The translations under genes and the position numbers were made by a program. Below the pieces are notes generated by a model. The model worked only from the letters and a program-made list of their open reading frames with translations. It ran no database searches and was not told the DNA's origin. A stretch of 64,000 nt of DNA from Planctomycetota bacterium (GTDB lineage: Bacteria > Planctomycetota > Phycisphaerae > Phycisphaerales > SM1A02): contig JAAERN010000069.1 of assembly GCA_024230295.1 (NCBI GenBank), forward strand, positions 33,752 to 97,751. Reading direction: 5' to 3'. Numbering within the stretch: position 1 is the first letter of the stretch; each line of letters starts with the position of its first letter. Positions 19,885-30,285 of the stretch are shown here, piece after piece.

Positions 19885-20679
19885 TCAGCCGCCGAGCGTA
19901 TACCGCACGAACTTGGTGATCGTGCAGCCCTCGGGGAGGATGTCCTCGATGGTCTGGTTCTCGTCGAGTACGTACTTTTGCTTGATGAGCGTGTTCTCTT
20001 CGAGGAACTTGCGAACCTTGCCTTCACTCATTTTCTGGGCGATTTCCTCGGGCTTGCCCGACTCCTTCGCCTCTTCGATGGCCTTGGCACGAATCTTGTC
20101 GAGTTTGTCGGCGGGGACATCGTCCGGCGTAATCGCGGCGGGATCATAGAAGGTGATGTGCTGACAGATGCCCTTGAGGGTGTCGGCGCCAGCGTCGCCA
20201 TTGACCTGCAGCAGGCATCCGCGTTTGCCATCGTGATGGACATACTGGCCGAACTCGCCGCCCTCGAGTTTTTCACCTCGAGCGAAGTTGGTGTTCTCAC
20301 CGGTCTTCACGCGAATGTTGTCGATGGCAGCGGTCATTTCGTCGGTGACTTCGATCGCACCGGCGGGGCAGCCCATCGCTGAGGTGATCACCGTGTTCAT
20401 CATGTCGAGGAACTCGTCATTGCGGGCGGTGAAGTCGGTTTCGGTAAGGACTTCGACAATCGCGGCGCATCCGTTGGCGACCTCGATGGCGATCCGGCCT
20501 TCGCCGGTTGTTCGCTCGGTGCGAGTATCCATCTTGCCCTTGCGTTTGGCGCGAATCCATTCTTCGGCGGCGCTCATGTCGCCGTCATTGGCGGCGAGGG
20601 CTTGCTTGCAGTCCATCATGCCCAGCCCAGTCTTCTGGCGAAGGGTCATCACGTCTTTGGCGGCAATGGTCACAGTCAT
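19885..20679 (-). CDS. tsf: translation elongation factor Ts
   Basis: The N-terminal UBA-like motif VMTLRQKTGLGMMDCKQAL is typical of EF-Ts. It lies directly downstream of rpsB. Confidence 0.95.
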   Translation of the reverse strand: MTVTIAAKDVMTLRQKTGLGMMDCKQALAANDGDMSAAEEWIRAKRKGKMDTRTERTTGEGRIAIEVANGCAAIVEVLTETDFTARNDEFLDMMNTVITSAMGCPAGAIEVTDEMTAAIDNIRVKTGENTNFARGEKLEGGEFGQYVHHDGKRGCLLQVNGDAGADTLKGICQHITFYDPAAITPDDVPADKLDKIRAKAIEEAKESGKPEEIAQKMSEGKVRKFLEENTLIKQKYVLDENQTIEDILPEGCTITKFVRYTLGG

Positions 20680-20718
20680 GTCTCCGGTTGAATCTCGTGG
20701 GGCGTATGGCCCGTGAGG

Positions 20719-21567
20719 TCAGTTGGTGGCGTCGGTCGCGGCAGCGGCGGCGACTTCTTCTTCATTCTTAGGGGTTTCGGCCGGGGCGTCAGCAGCGAAG
20801 GCAACGCGGCTGGATCGCTTCTTGCGGGGTTTCTCGTCACCAGAAGCGTCTCCGGCATCGTCCGCACCTTCGGCAGCGGCCGTTCGGGCAGTCAGGCCGT
20901 CGCGGACAGCGGCGGTGAACTCACGCATGATGACCTCAATGCTCCGCATGGAGTCATCGTTTCCGGGGACCGGAATATCGCAGTCGCCGGGGTTGCCATC
21001 GGTGTCGATCAGTGCGGCCGTCGGGATGCGAAGAGTGCGTGCTTCTCGAAGGGCGTTGCTTTCACGGTTCGTGTCGATGACGACGACCGCGCCGGGCAAC
21101 TTGTTCATATTTCGGATGCCCTGCAGGTTGCGAGTGATCTTTCGTTTCTCTCGCATGAGCTGTGAAGTCATCTTTTTGGAGTAGGTGTCGATCTCACCTG
21201 ACTCGACGAGCTTTTCGAGTTCGACCAGTCGCTTGAGCCGCTCGCGGATCGTGCGGAAGTTGGTCAGGGTGCCGCCGAGCCATCGCTCCGTCACCCATGG
21301 CATGCCGACTTCGGTGGCGTAGTGCTCAACCGATCCCTTCGCCTGCCGCTTCGTGCCGACGAAGACGACATCACGGCCGCTTGCCACAGTTTTCGTAATG
21401 AACTTCTTGGCAAGCAGCAGCCCGCGAACGGTCTCGCGGATATCGATGATGTGAATGCGGTTCCGCTGGCCCCAGATATAGGGCTTCATGCGGGGGTCCC
21501 AGGCACTTCGTCGTTGTCCGAAGTGAATACCTGCGTCGAGTAGATCCTGAACAAGATTGTCAGACAT
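20719..21567 (-). CDS. rpsB: 30S ribosomal protein S2
   Basis: Track ORF trimmed to the ATG at 21567 (MSDNLVQDLLDAGIHFGQRRSAWDPRMKPYIWG). It has an Ala/Glu-rich C-terminal extension. Confidence 0.95.
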   Translation of the reverse strand: MSDNLVQDLLDAGIHFGQRRSAWDPRMKPYIWGQRNRIHIIDIRETVRGLLLAKKFITKTVASGRDVVFVGTKRQAKGSVEHYATEVGMPWVTERWLGGTLTNFRTIRERLKRLVELEKLVESGEIDTYSKKMTSQLMREKRKITRNLQGIRNMNKLPGAVVVIDTNRESNALREARTLRIPTAALIDTDGNPGDCDIPVPGNDDSMRSIEVIMREFTAAVRDGLTARTAAAEGADDAGDASGDEKPRKKRSSRVAFAADAPAETPKNEEEVAAAAATDATN

Positions 21568-21757
21568 GTATCGCGCTCTCTCGTGCAGCGTCACCGACGA
21601 GCCGTTGTGCGGGGTCCTCAAGGGAACGGTCGTCCGAGGGACGCTTCAAGGTGCCAGCCGGAGCTGACGAAATCGTGGAAGGTTGGCGACGCTCCCGCAC
21701 GGGGCGAACCAACCGGCGAACCCGCCACCACGCGGCGACGAGTCAAGACCGGCCAGT

Positions 21758-23107
21758 TTATCGAACCTCGGCCCGATCTTCAATGGCTGAATCGGCTCGA
21801 TCGCCAGCTCGCTGATATCGGATTCGCCCCGCGACGATGGTTGCTACGGCCCGGCCTCGGACAGGTCGGCCTGTGAAGGGGCAGTTTCGGCCCCTCGAGT
21901 GGAATACTTCGGGATCGATGGTCCAGGCAGCGTCCGGGTCAATGACGGTGATATCTGCGGGCCCCCCCGTTTCGAGCCGTCCGAGGCCCAGATGGGCAAG
22001 CCCGGCGACACTCGCTGGCTCGCAGGTCATCATTCGCAGCATGGCCGGCCAATCGAGCACGCCTCCGTCAATCAGAGCTTCTCGATAGAGCGGAAGGGCA
22101 CACTCCAAGCCAACCATGCCGAATGCCGCCGAAGCGAAATCGGTGTCCTTGGTGTGGGCGGGATGTGGCGCGTGGTCCGTTGCGAGCACCGTAATGATGC
22201 CTTCGGCGATGCCTCGCTTGATGGCATCGACATCGTTGGCTGTCCGAAGTGGGGGATTCACTTTCGCAAGCGTATTCCAGTCATCGCAGGTTTCTTCGGT
22301 AAGCAGGAGATGGTGTGGCGATGCTTCGCCCGTTGCAGGTTGCCCCTCGACACGCGCATCGCGGAGTGCGTCGACGCTCTCAGCCACGCTGAGATGCTGA
22401 GCGTGATACCGCGCGCCGATGGAGCGGTTGAGAACGAGGTCACGCCGAAGCATGATTTCTTCCGCTTCCCGAGGCCATCCGCCGAGCCCCAGCCGCGTGG
22501 CGAGTGGCCCTGCGTTCATGGCGGCGCCGCGGGTGAGCGTCGGGTCCTGACAGTGCTGCATGAATACCGAATCGGCTGCTGCCACGAGCGAGAGAATTCG
22601 CTTCATGGTGCCGCTGTCGGCGATGCCGTCACCATCATCTGAGATCGCCGCTGCGCCAGCCTCGACGAGTTCGAGAATCGGCGCTACCGTCTCGCCCTTT
22701 CTCGCAATTGTGCCGCAGGCGACGGGGAATACGCGAGCGAGTCCGGCCTGGGCGCCCCGGTAGAGAATGCTCTCGACAACGGTTCGGCAGTCGATGGCTG
22801 GGGTTGTGTTGGGCATGCAGCAGACGGTGGTGAACCCTCCGGCAACGGCAGCTGCGGCGCCGGTGGCGATCGTCTCTTCGTGGTGTCCGGTTGTGTCCGG
22901 ATCGCGGAAGTGCACGTGAATGTCGAGAAGACCGGGCGAGACGATGAACCCCTCGCAGTCGATGCTCGGCGCATCTGTCGCGATTGGTTCGGCCGAGATC
23001 GCCGCGATCACTCCATCGCGGACGAGGACGTCGCCTGTGTGGTCAAGTTCGCTGGCCGGGTCGATGATCCGGCCGCCGGTAAGCAGCAGATCCGTCATGG
23101 TGTGCAT
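21758..23107 (-). CDS. pyrC: dihydroorotase (amidohydrolase superfamily)
   Basis: Metal-binding motif DIHVHFRDP, VLATDHAPH, and overall class I DHOase/allantoinase layout. The start was trimmed to the ATG at 23107 (alternative at 23098). Confidence 0.8.
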   Translation of the reverse strand: MHTMTDLLLTGGRIIDPASELDHTGDVLVRDGVIAAISAEPIATDAPSIDCEGFIVSPGLLDIHVHFRDPDTTGHHEETIATGAAAAVAGGFTTVCCMPNTTPAIDCRTVVESILYRGAQAGLARVFPVACGTIARKGETVAPILELVEAGAAAISDDGDGIADSGTMKRILSLVAAADSVFMQHCQDPTLTRGAAMNAGPLATRLGLGGWPREAEEIMLRRDLVLNRSIGARYHAQHLSVAESVDALRDARVEGQPATGEASPHHLLLTEETCDDWNTLAKVNPPLRTANDVDAIKRGIAEGIITVLATDHAPHPAHTKDTDFASAAFGMVGLECALPLYREALIDGGVLDWPAMLRMMTCEPASVAGLAHLGLGRLETGGPADITVIDPDAAWTIDPEVFHSRGRNCPFTGRPVRGRAVATIVAGRIRYQRAGDRADSAIEDRAEVR

Positions 23108-23156
23108 AGTACGGGTGTGGGAGGTTGTTCGTTGGATTCGCAACCGGGCGAAATGC

Positions 23157-23191
23157 GGCAACGCCCGAGACGGAATGTCTCGGGCGTTGCC
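23157..23191 (-). terminator. stem-loop downstream of the small Cys/Lys-rich lipoprotein gene
   Basis: Perfect 15-bp inverted repeat GGCAACGCCCGAGAC-GGAAT-GTCTCGGGCGTTGCC. The U-tract on the minus strand is weak. Confidence 0.5.
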
Positions 23192-23228
23192 ATGTGATTA
23201 GTTGTAGTCAGTCAGAAAGTGACCAAGA

Positions 23229-23519
23229 TCACTTCTTCTTGCCGGCGCAGCACGGTGAGGTGCCAGCAGCCTTGGCCTTGGCAGCAGCAGCCTTGGGGCA
23301 ACCACTGGCAGCCTTGGTCTTATTGCAGCTAGCAGCCTTGGTCTTATTGCAGCTAGCAGCCTTCTTCTTACCGCAGGCGGTGGCATCGGGGCACTTGGAC
23401 TTATCGGCGCAGCAAGCGGGCGTATCGATGGCGCCTGGGCTGGCGGTCGAGGCCTTCTGGTTGCAGCCAGCGAGGAGGGCGGCAACGCCCAAAGCAGCGG
23501 TCAAAGCAAGGGTCTTCAT
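23229..23519 (-). CDS. small Cys/Lys/Ala-rich lipoprotein with internal KAASCNKT repeat
   Basis: Lipoprotein signal MKTLALTAALGVAALLAGC. The 77-aa mature part has 9 Cys and many Lys. A terminator-like hairpin lies downstream. Confidence 0.65.
   Translation of the reverse strand: MKTLALTAALGVAALLAGCNQKASTASPGAIDTPACCADKSKCPDATACGKKKAASCNKTKAASCNKTKAASGCPKAAAAKAKAAGTSPCCAGKKK
23308..23355. repeat. perfect 24-bp tandem duplication inside the lipoprotein CDS
   Basis: GCAGCCTTGGTCTTATTGCAGCTA occurs twice back to back, with a third partial copy (GCAGCCTT). It encodes KAASCNKT x2. Confidence 0.9.
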
Positions 23520-23704
23520 TGAAATCGTCTCCTGAATGAATTGGCCCCAGAATACATGGGGAGTGGTCGATCACTGTAGCGGATTCGGGACTGCGGGTCA
23601 CGCGCCCTTGTGGCAATTGGATAATACGTCCTAAGAGGCCCCTCACAGCGATCTTTTGAGGCAAATGGTCTGCGGGAGGGCCGATTGGGCCTACGATCGG
23701 GGCC

Positions 23705-25090
23705 ATGTCCGACGACCAGATCAACGCGGATTCCACCGGTCCAACCGGGGGCGAGCGGGATGCAGCACGTAGCCGCCTGCATGCAGAGGCGCGGCAACTG
23801 CCCCAAACACCTGGTGTGTATCTGATGAAGGATCCGTCCGGGGAGGTGCTCTACGTCGGCAAGGCGTCATCGCTCAGGGATCGAGTCAGCAGCTACTTTC
23901 TTCCCTCGACGGATCTTGGCCCTCGGAAACAGCCTCTGCTCGCGAAGATCGATTCATTCGAGATCATTGAGACGATCGCCGAGTGGGAAGCATTGTTGGC
24001 GGAGGCACGTCTGATCAAGGATCTTCGTCCTCGGTTCAACGTGATGCTCACGGATGACAAGAGTTATCCATACCTCGCTGTCACAACACGTGATGATTTT
24101 CCCGGTGTCTTTGTCACACGGGATCCGGCCGATCCTCGTTACCGGGGTGCGAGAATCTTCGGCCCCTTTACTTCCGGGCGGGACATTCGCGAGGCGGTTG
24201 ACGTCATGCAGCGGATCTTTCGATTTCGCACCTGCCATCTGGATATCAAGGATGGTGACAAAGCAAACACCCATTTTCGACCATGCCTGCTTCATGCGAT
24301 CAGACAGTGCACGGCACCATGCGCCGATCGGATCTCCAGTGAATCGTATGCCGCCGACATTCAGCGACTACTTCGATTCATCGGGTCTAAGAGATCGGCG
24401 GTCATCCGTGATCTGAGGGCTCAGATGCAGGAGGCGGCTGCAGGGCAGCGGTATGAACAGGCAGCGGCTTTGCGAGATCAGTTACGTTCGATAGAAAGGC
24501 TTGGCGAGCGTGCGGCGAATCAGGAGGATGCGCGGGCTTGGCAACCGGAAGTCACCGTGTTTGCGACTGATCCATCAGCCGCGCTGCGCTCGTTGCAACG
24601 CACGCTGTCTTTGGAAGAACCTCTCCGGTGCATCGAGGCGATCGATATCGCGCACCTTGCGGGGAATGAAACCGTTGGAGCCAAAGTCTGCTTTCTTGAT
24701 GGCAAGCCATTTAAGGATCAGTACCGGAGGTATCGGATCACCACGGCCAGCAATGATGACTATGCGTCAATTCGAGAAGTTGTCTCCCGAAGATATGCTG
24801 ACGCTGGCCGAGGTCGGGAGCGGTTTCCAGATGTCATTCTGATCGATGGCGGGCAGGGGCAACTCAACGCGGCCCTTGCCGCCTTCGGAGCCTTCCCGCA
24901 GCAGCCACCAATTGTCGTGGGCTTGGCCAAAAAGGAGGAGCTTATCTGGATTCAGGATCGCCCGGTCCCTCTTCGCCTCGGCCGCGAAAATCCGGGACTG
25001 AAACTGTGTCAGGCCATTCGGGATGAAGCCCACCGATTTGCGCAGGCCTATCACCACCTTCTCCGAAGTAAGCGATTGTTGGAGGAATGA
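23705..25090 (+). CDS. uvrC: excinuclease ABC subunit C, short form without C-terminal (HhH)2
   Basis: GIY-YIG motif (GVYLMKDPSGEVLYVGKASSLRDRVSSYF), UVR motif (YEQAAALRDQLRSIERL), and endonuclease domain (IEAIDIAH...LIDGGQGQL...IRDEAHRFA). The protein ends right after the endonuclease domain. Confidence 0.85.
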   Translation: MSDDQINADSTGPTGGERDAARSRLHAEARQLPQTPGVYLMKDPSGEVLYVGKASSLRDRVSSYFLPSTDLGPRKQPLLAKIDSFEIIETIAEWEALLAEARLIKDLRPRFNVMLTDDKSYPYLAVTTRDDFPGVFVTRDPADPRYRGARIFGPFTSGRDIREAVDVMQRIFRFRTCHLDIKDGDKANTHFRPCLLHAIRQCTAPCADRISSESYAADIQRLLRFIGSKRSAVIRDLRAQMQEAAAGQRYEQAAALRDQLRSIERLGERAANQEDARAWQPEVTVFATDPSAALRSLQRTLSLEEPLRCIEAIDIAHLAGNETVGAKVCFLDGKPFKDQYRRYRITTASNDDYASIREVVSRRYADAGRGRERFPDVILIDGGQGQLNAALAAFGAFPQQPPIVVGLAKKEELIWIQDRPVPLRLGRENPGLKLCQAIRDEAHRFAQAYHHLLRSKRLLEE

Positions 25091-25157
25091 GGAGGCGGGT
25101 GTTGATCTTGTTTTTGGATGCGGTATGGTGCAAGCGGGGTGGGAGGAGATACATAAT

Positions 25158-25970
25158 ATGTTGACCAAGAATGTCTATGGTGCGATCTCATGCGTGGTAG
25201 CAGTAGCTGGGATCGCCTCCGGAGCGATTGTAGAAGTGCACGTCGGCTCGTTTTACTTCACTCCGCAGTTCGCTGATGTTCAGCCTGGCGACACGGTCCG
25301 CTGGATTCACGATGGCGGGACACACGATGTGACCAGCGGCGCGTTTTGCGGCAATGACACCGGGCTCTTCTTTTCTGACATTACCGAGACGACTCCCACC
25401 TTCGAATGGACGGTCCCTGCCGAATATGACGGAGATGTCATCCCGTACTACTGCAGTGTCGGGAATCACTGCGTGGCAAGTGATCAATACGGTGCGCTCC
25501 TCGTGAATGTGGAGGCACACTTTCTCACGACCAATGGCTTTGTATTTGAGCCTGCTGCGGTATCCGTCGATGCTGGCGACGCGGTCTTCTGGATCCATGC
25601 GGGCGGTAGCCATACGGTGACATCCGGCACAAGTTGCAGCCCCGACGGCCGATTTAACGAGGTCCTCGACAATTTGAGCCAGATGCCGTATTACGTCGTG
25701 CCCGTTGATGAACCAACAGGCGTCATTGACTACTACTGCACGCCGCACTGCGGCTCGGGAATGGCAGGGGCGATCGACGTCACAGGCGGCTCCGTACCCT
25801 GTCCGGAAGATCTGGATGGCGATGGTCAGATCGGTGTCGATGACTTGCTCCAACTTCTGTCGGTTTACGGCAGCACATGCACTGGATGTCCGGAGGACAT
25901 CGATGGAAATGGCGTCATCGGCGTGGATGATCTGCTGCAGTTGCTGTCGGTCTACGGAAGCGCGTGCTGA
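25158..25970 (+). CDS. two-domain cupredoxin (plastocyanin/halocyanin-like) with two C-terminal dockerin-like repeats
   Basis: ATG at 25158 with SD GGGAGGAG. Each domain has the pattern WIHxGGxHxVTSG. Domain 2 has the type-1 copper ligand motif YYCTPHCGSGM, and domain 1 has the variant YYCSVGNHC. Confidence 0.8.
   Translation: MLTKNVYGAISCVVAVAGIASGAIVEVHVGSFYFTPQFADVQPGDTVRWIHDGGTHDVTSGAFCGNDTGLFFSDITETTPTFEWTVPAEYDGDVIPYYCSVGNHCVASDQYGALLVNVEAHFLTTNGFVFEPAAVSVDAGDAVFWIHAGGSHTVTSGTSCSPDGRFNEVLDNLSQMPYYVVPVDEPTGVIDYYCTPHCGSGMAGAIDVTGGSVPCPEDLDGDGQIGVDDLLQLLSVYGSTCTGCPEDIDGNGVIGVDDLLQLLSVYGSAC
25800..25967 (+). repeat. tandem dockerin-like modules (coding repeat)
   Basis: CPEDLDGDGQIGVDDLLQLLSVYGSTCTG is followed by CPEDIDGNGVIGVDDLLQLLSVYGSAC. 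Confidence 0.85.
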
Positions 25971-26023
25971 GCGACGCCAAGTGCAGTTGACGGCCAGTCA
26001 TCGTATGAGCTGATTCCAAAGGG

Positions 26024-28069
<2,046 letters not shown>

Positions 28070-28138
28070 ATGAAGTCCCGTGCGGGGTTGGCAACAGGTC
28101 CATCCTACGTCCAGTGTCGGCTCATCGTCGAACCGGGA

Positions 28139-28654
28139 TCACCATGATTCCGCCATTCGATCGACGATTGCCCGGGCCATCATTTGGACCGACTCAAGCC
28201 TGCCCAGTTCAATGGGCTCGCCAAGTGGGTTGGACGGGAAAAACATGCCACTGGTTCCCATGCCATCCCATCCCGTAATCGTCGTATTGTTATCGAGCCG
28301 TTCCCAATTCCAGTCGACAGTGAGCTGTACGGCCATTTCTTGGTCCAACTGCGTAAGTCGGGATTGGGACAGCTGTTTGAGATCGACTTTTTGGATGGAT
28401 ACTTCGAGCAGGGTGTCCGCAACAGTTTCATCTACGACTCGCCAGGGCGTGCGGGTTTCGACCTCTCGGATTAATGCGTTGGTGAGGAGGTAGCCCACCT
28501 CGCGGTCATATGTCGCATTCTGAACGACCGGAATCGCAATCGTCTTGATATCACTGTCGTATGTCGATCCCAGCACCCAGCCTTTGGAGGCGTCGGATCC
28601 ACAAGCAGCCAACAGGAACAAGAGGACTATGGAGCCCATCGCAGAGAGCTTCAT
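28139..28654 (-). CDS. LptE-like lipoprotein (tentative)
   Basis: Lipoprotein signal LLFLLAAC. About 150 aa mature, with the pattern IAIPVVQNATYDREVGYLLTNALIREV that resembles LptE/RlpB-type proteins. Its start overlaps the stop of the BamD-like gene (ATGA). Confidence 0.45.
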   Translation of the reverse strand: MKLSAMGSIVLLFLLAACGSDASKGWVLGSTYDSDIKTIAIPVVQNATYDREVGYLLTNALIREVETRTPWRVVDETVADTLLEVSIQKVDLKQLSQSRLTQLDQEMAVQLTVDWNWERLDNNTTITGWDGMGTSGMFFPSNPLGEPIELGRLESVQMMARAIVDRMAESW

Positions 28655-29727
28655 GGTGCGGTCTCTTCGGAGGATGATTCAGCAGCTTGTGCTGTTGCTG
28701 AAGTGTTCAGCAGTTTCTCACGCAGTGTCGCGTAGTCGGGAGCTTTGTCCAACACTGATGTTGGCAGCTGAGCAAGAACGGTGGGAATCTCGCGGAGCGC
28801 TTGGACGGCTGCAGCCGATCGAGGAAATCGCCGGATCAATTCGCGAATCGTGTACTCACATGAGATTGGGTCCCCCTCCCAGAGATACCAACGCGCAGTT
28901 GTGAGCATCTTGATGGATTCAGACTCTTCGATGCGAAGAATGAGGGCTCCTGCTCCGATGCGTTCGGCTTCGGCGGGCCGATTCGATTCGAGCTGCTTGA
29001 GTTCAGCCTTGGCTTCCAGCAGTCCAACAATGTCGAATTGAGGCCCCTTGAATGAGGCGATGTTGGAGTAGATCACCCGCCGCCGAGCAAAGTCCAGGTT
29101 CGTAGAGCGTGGGTATCGCTCGATGAAGATGGAATACGCCTCTGCTGCAAGGGACATCCGGCGATGGCGAAAGTACATGTCGGCGAGTTGTAGTCCTGCC
29201 CGCTCGGCCAGCCCGCTTCCGGGAAGGCGTTCTTGTATACGGATCAGCAATTCTTCGGCCTCATCGCTTGCGTCAACGATCCGAAGGCCAAATATCTTGC
29301 GTCGCAGGCCATGGGCATACTTGACCGCGATTTCGAACTCACGTTCAAGCGCCAACGTGAAGACTTCACTGCCGGGATACCGGCGAGCGAGATACTCATA
29401 GTCGTACAGCGACTCGTACTCATCGCCGATTCCCATGAGTGAATCGCCGCGGAGCAGATACGCTTCAGGGATCAGCGGTGATGTCGGATGCCGCTTCATC
29501 CATCGATTGACCATATTGAGAGATCGCTCAGGTCTCCCCTCGGCCAGCAGGACTCGGGCTTGGGAAAGTTGTTCGGCGGGCGATCCCATAGCCGGCGAGG
29601 CCTCATGGGCCCACTCGTCGTCAGGCCCGAGCCGGAAGACTTCCTGCCCAGTTGCCTGGGGGCATAGGGCCGCTGGGGCCGCCAGAGCGGCGACAACCGC
29701 CAGAAGAGGGCCGCGTGGAGCATTCAT
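28651..29727 (-). CDS. BamD/YfiO-like TPR lipoprotein (tentative)
   Basis: Start trimmed to the ATG at 29727, which gives the signal LLAVVAALAAPAALC. It has TPR-like repeats and a BamD-like segment (EAYLLRGDSLMGIGDEYESLYDYEYLARRYPGSE). Confidence 0.55.
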   Translation of the reverse strand: MNAPRGPLLAVVAALAAPAALCPQATGQEVFRLGPDDEWAHEASPAMGSPAEQLSQARVLLAEGRPERSLNMVNRWMKRHPTSPLIPEAYLLRGDSLMGIGDEYESLYDYEYLARRYPGSEVFTLALEREFEIAVKYAHGLRRKIFGLRIVDASDEAEELLIRIQERLPGSGLAERAGLQLADMYFRHRRMSLAAEAYSIFIERYPRSTNLDFARRRVIYSNIASFKGPQFDIVGLLEAKAELKQLESNRPAEAERIGAGALILRIEESESIKMLTTARWYLWEGDPISCEYTIRELIRRFPRSAAAVQALREIPTVLAQLPTSVLDKAPDYATLREKLLNTSATAQAAESSSEETAP

Positions 29728-30285
29728 GCCGCGGCATGCTACCCGTGTGTGCATGACTCCGCATTCGCCGAGCGTGCTCGGTGGTTGATTGGAGGTTCAG
29801 CCGCCCCGTAAGTGTTCGGACGGCAGGCGCAAAGAGTGCCGCGGGTGGCCGATAACACATTGTCGATAGGGGGGTTGGCGAGGGCCAACTTGGTCGGTCG
29901 AGTGAGGGGGGCAACGAGGCCCGCCTTGCGGAGCCCACTCGAGCGATGGGCGTTCGAGTCGAGAGGAGTGACCCCCGCGCTGCCGGAATGACCGGAGTGA
30001 ACGGAACGATCAGGCTCCGGATTGAGGCAATCAGCCAAGAGTCGCTGGCCTGAACGAAAGTGGAATCGTCTGTGTGTGATTGACTTGTTCGTAATGATTC
30101 CAAACCACGCTCCACATTCACGCATCACCTCCAATCCTGAGCAACTGCTTGTTGACATGCTCCAGCACGTGTATGGTGTTGACACGTCACAGGCGTACTC
30201 AAGGAAGAGTGCAAATGCGACCGGACACGATGCAACGAGATCGTGTTTACATCAGCGGCAGCGCAGCGGTCAAGGAGTCGACCCA

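Noticed and set aside
23280-23370. Short direct repeats that could be mistaken for a mini CRISPR or VNTR locus
   Set aside because: There are only two or so contiguous 24-bp copies with no spacers, and they lie in frame inside a coding sequence. I treat this as a coding tandem duplication.
25023-25157. Upstream extension of the cupredoxin ORF that overlaps the end of uvrC
   Set aside because: The internal ATG at 25158 has a GGGAGGAG SD and yields a hydrophobic signal sequence. The extension overlaps uvrC coding sequence.
29755-30285. Tried to match the structured intergenic region to SRP RNA, RNase P RNA, tmRNA, the c-di-GMP-I riboswitch or the cobalamin riboswitch
   Set aside because: The resemblances are only fragmentary (for example CAGGCTCCGGATTGAGGCAATCAGCCAAG versus the SRP helix-8 consensus, and GGCGCAAAG versus the GEMM motif). 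The required conserved cores and pairings are not present by eye. No family call is made.
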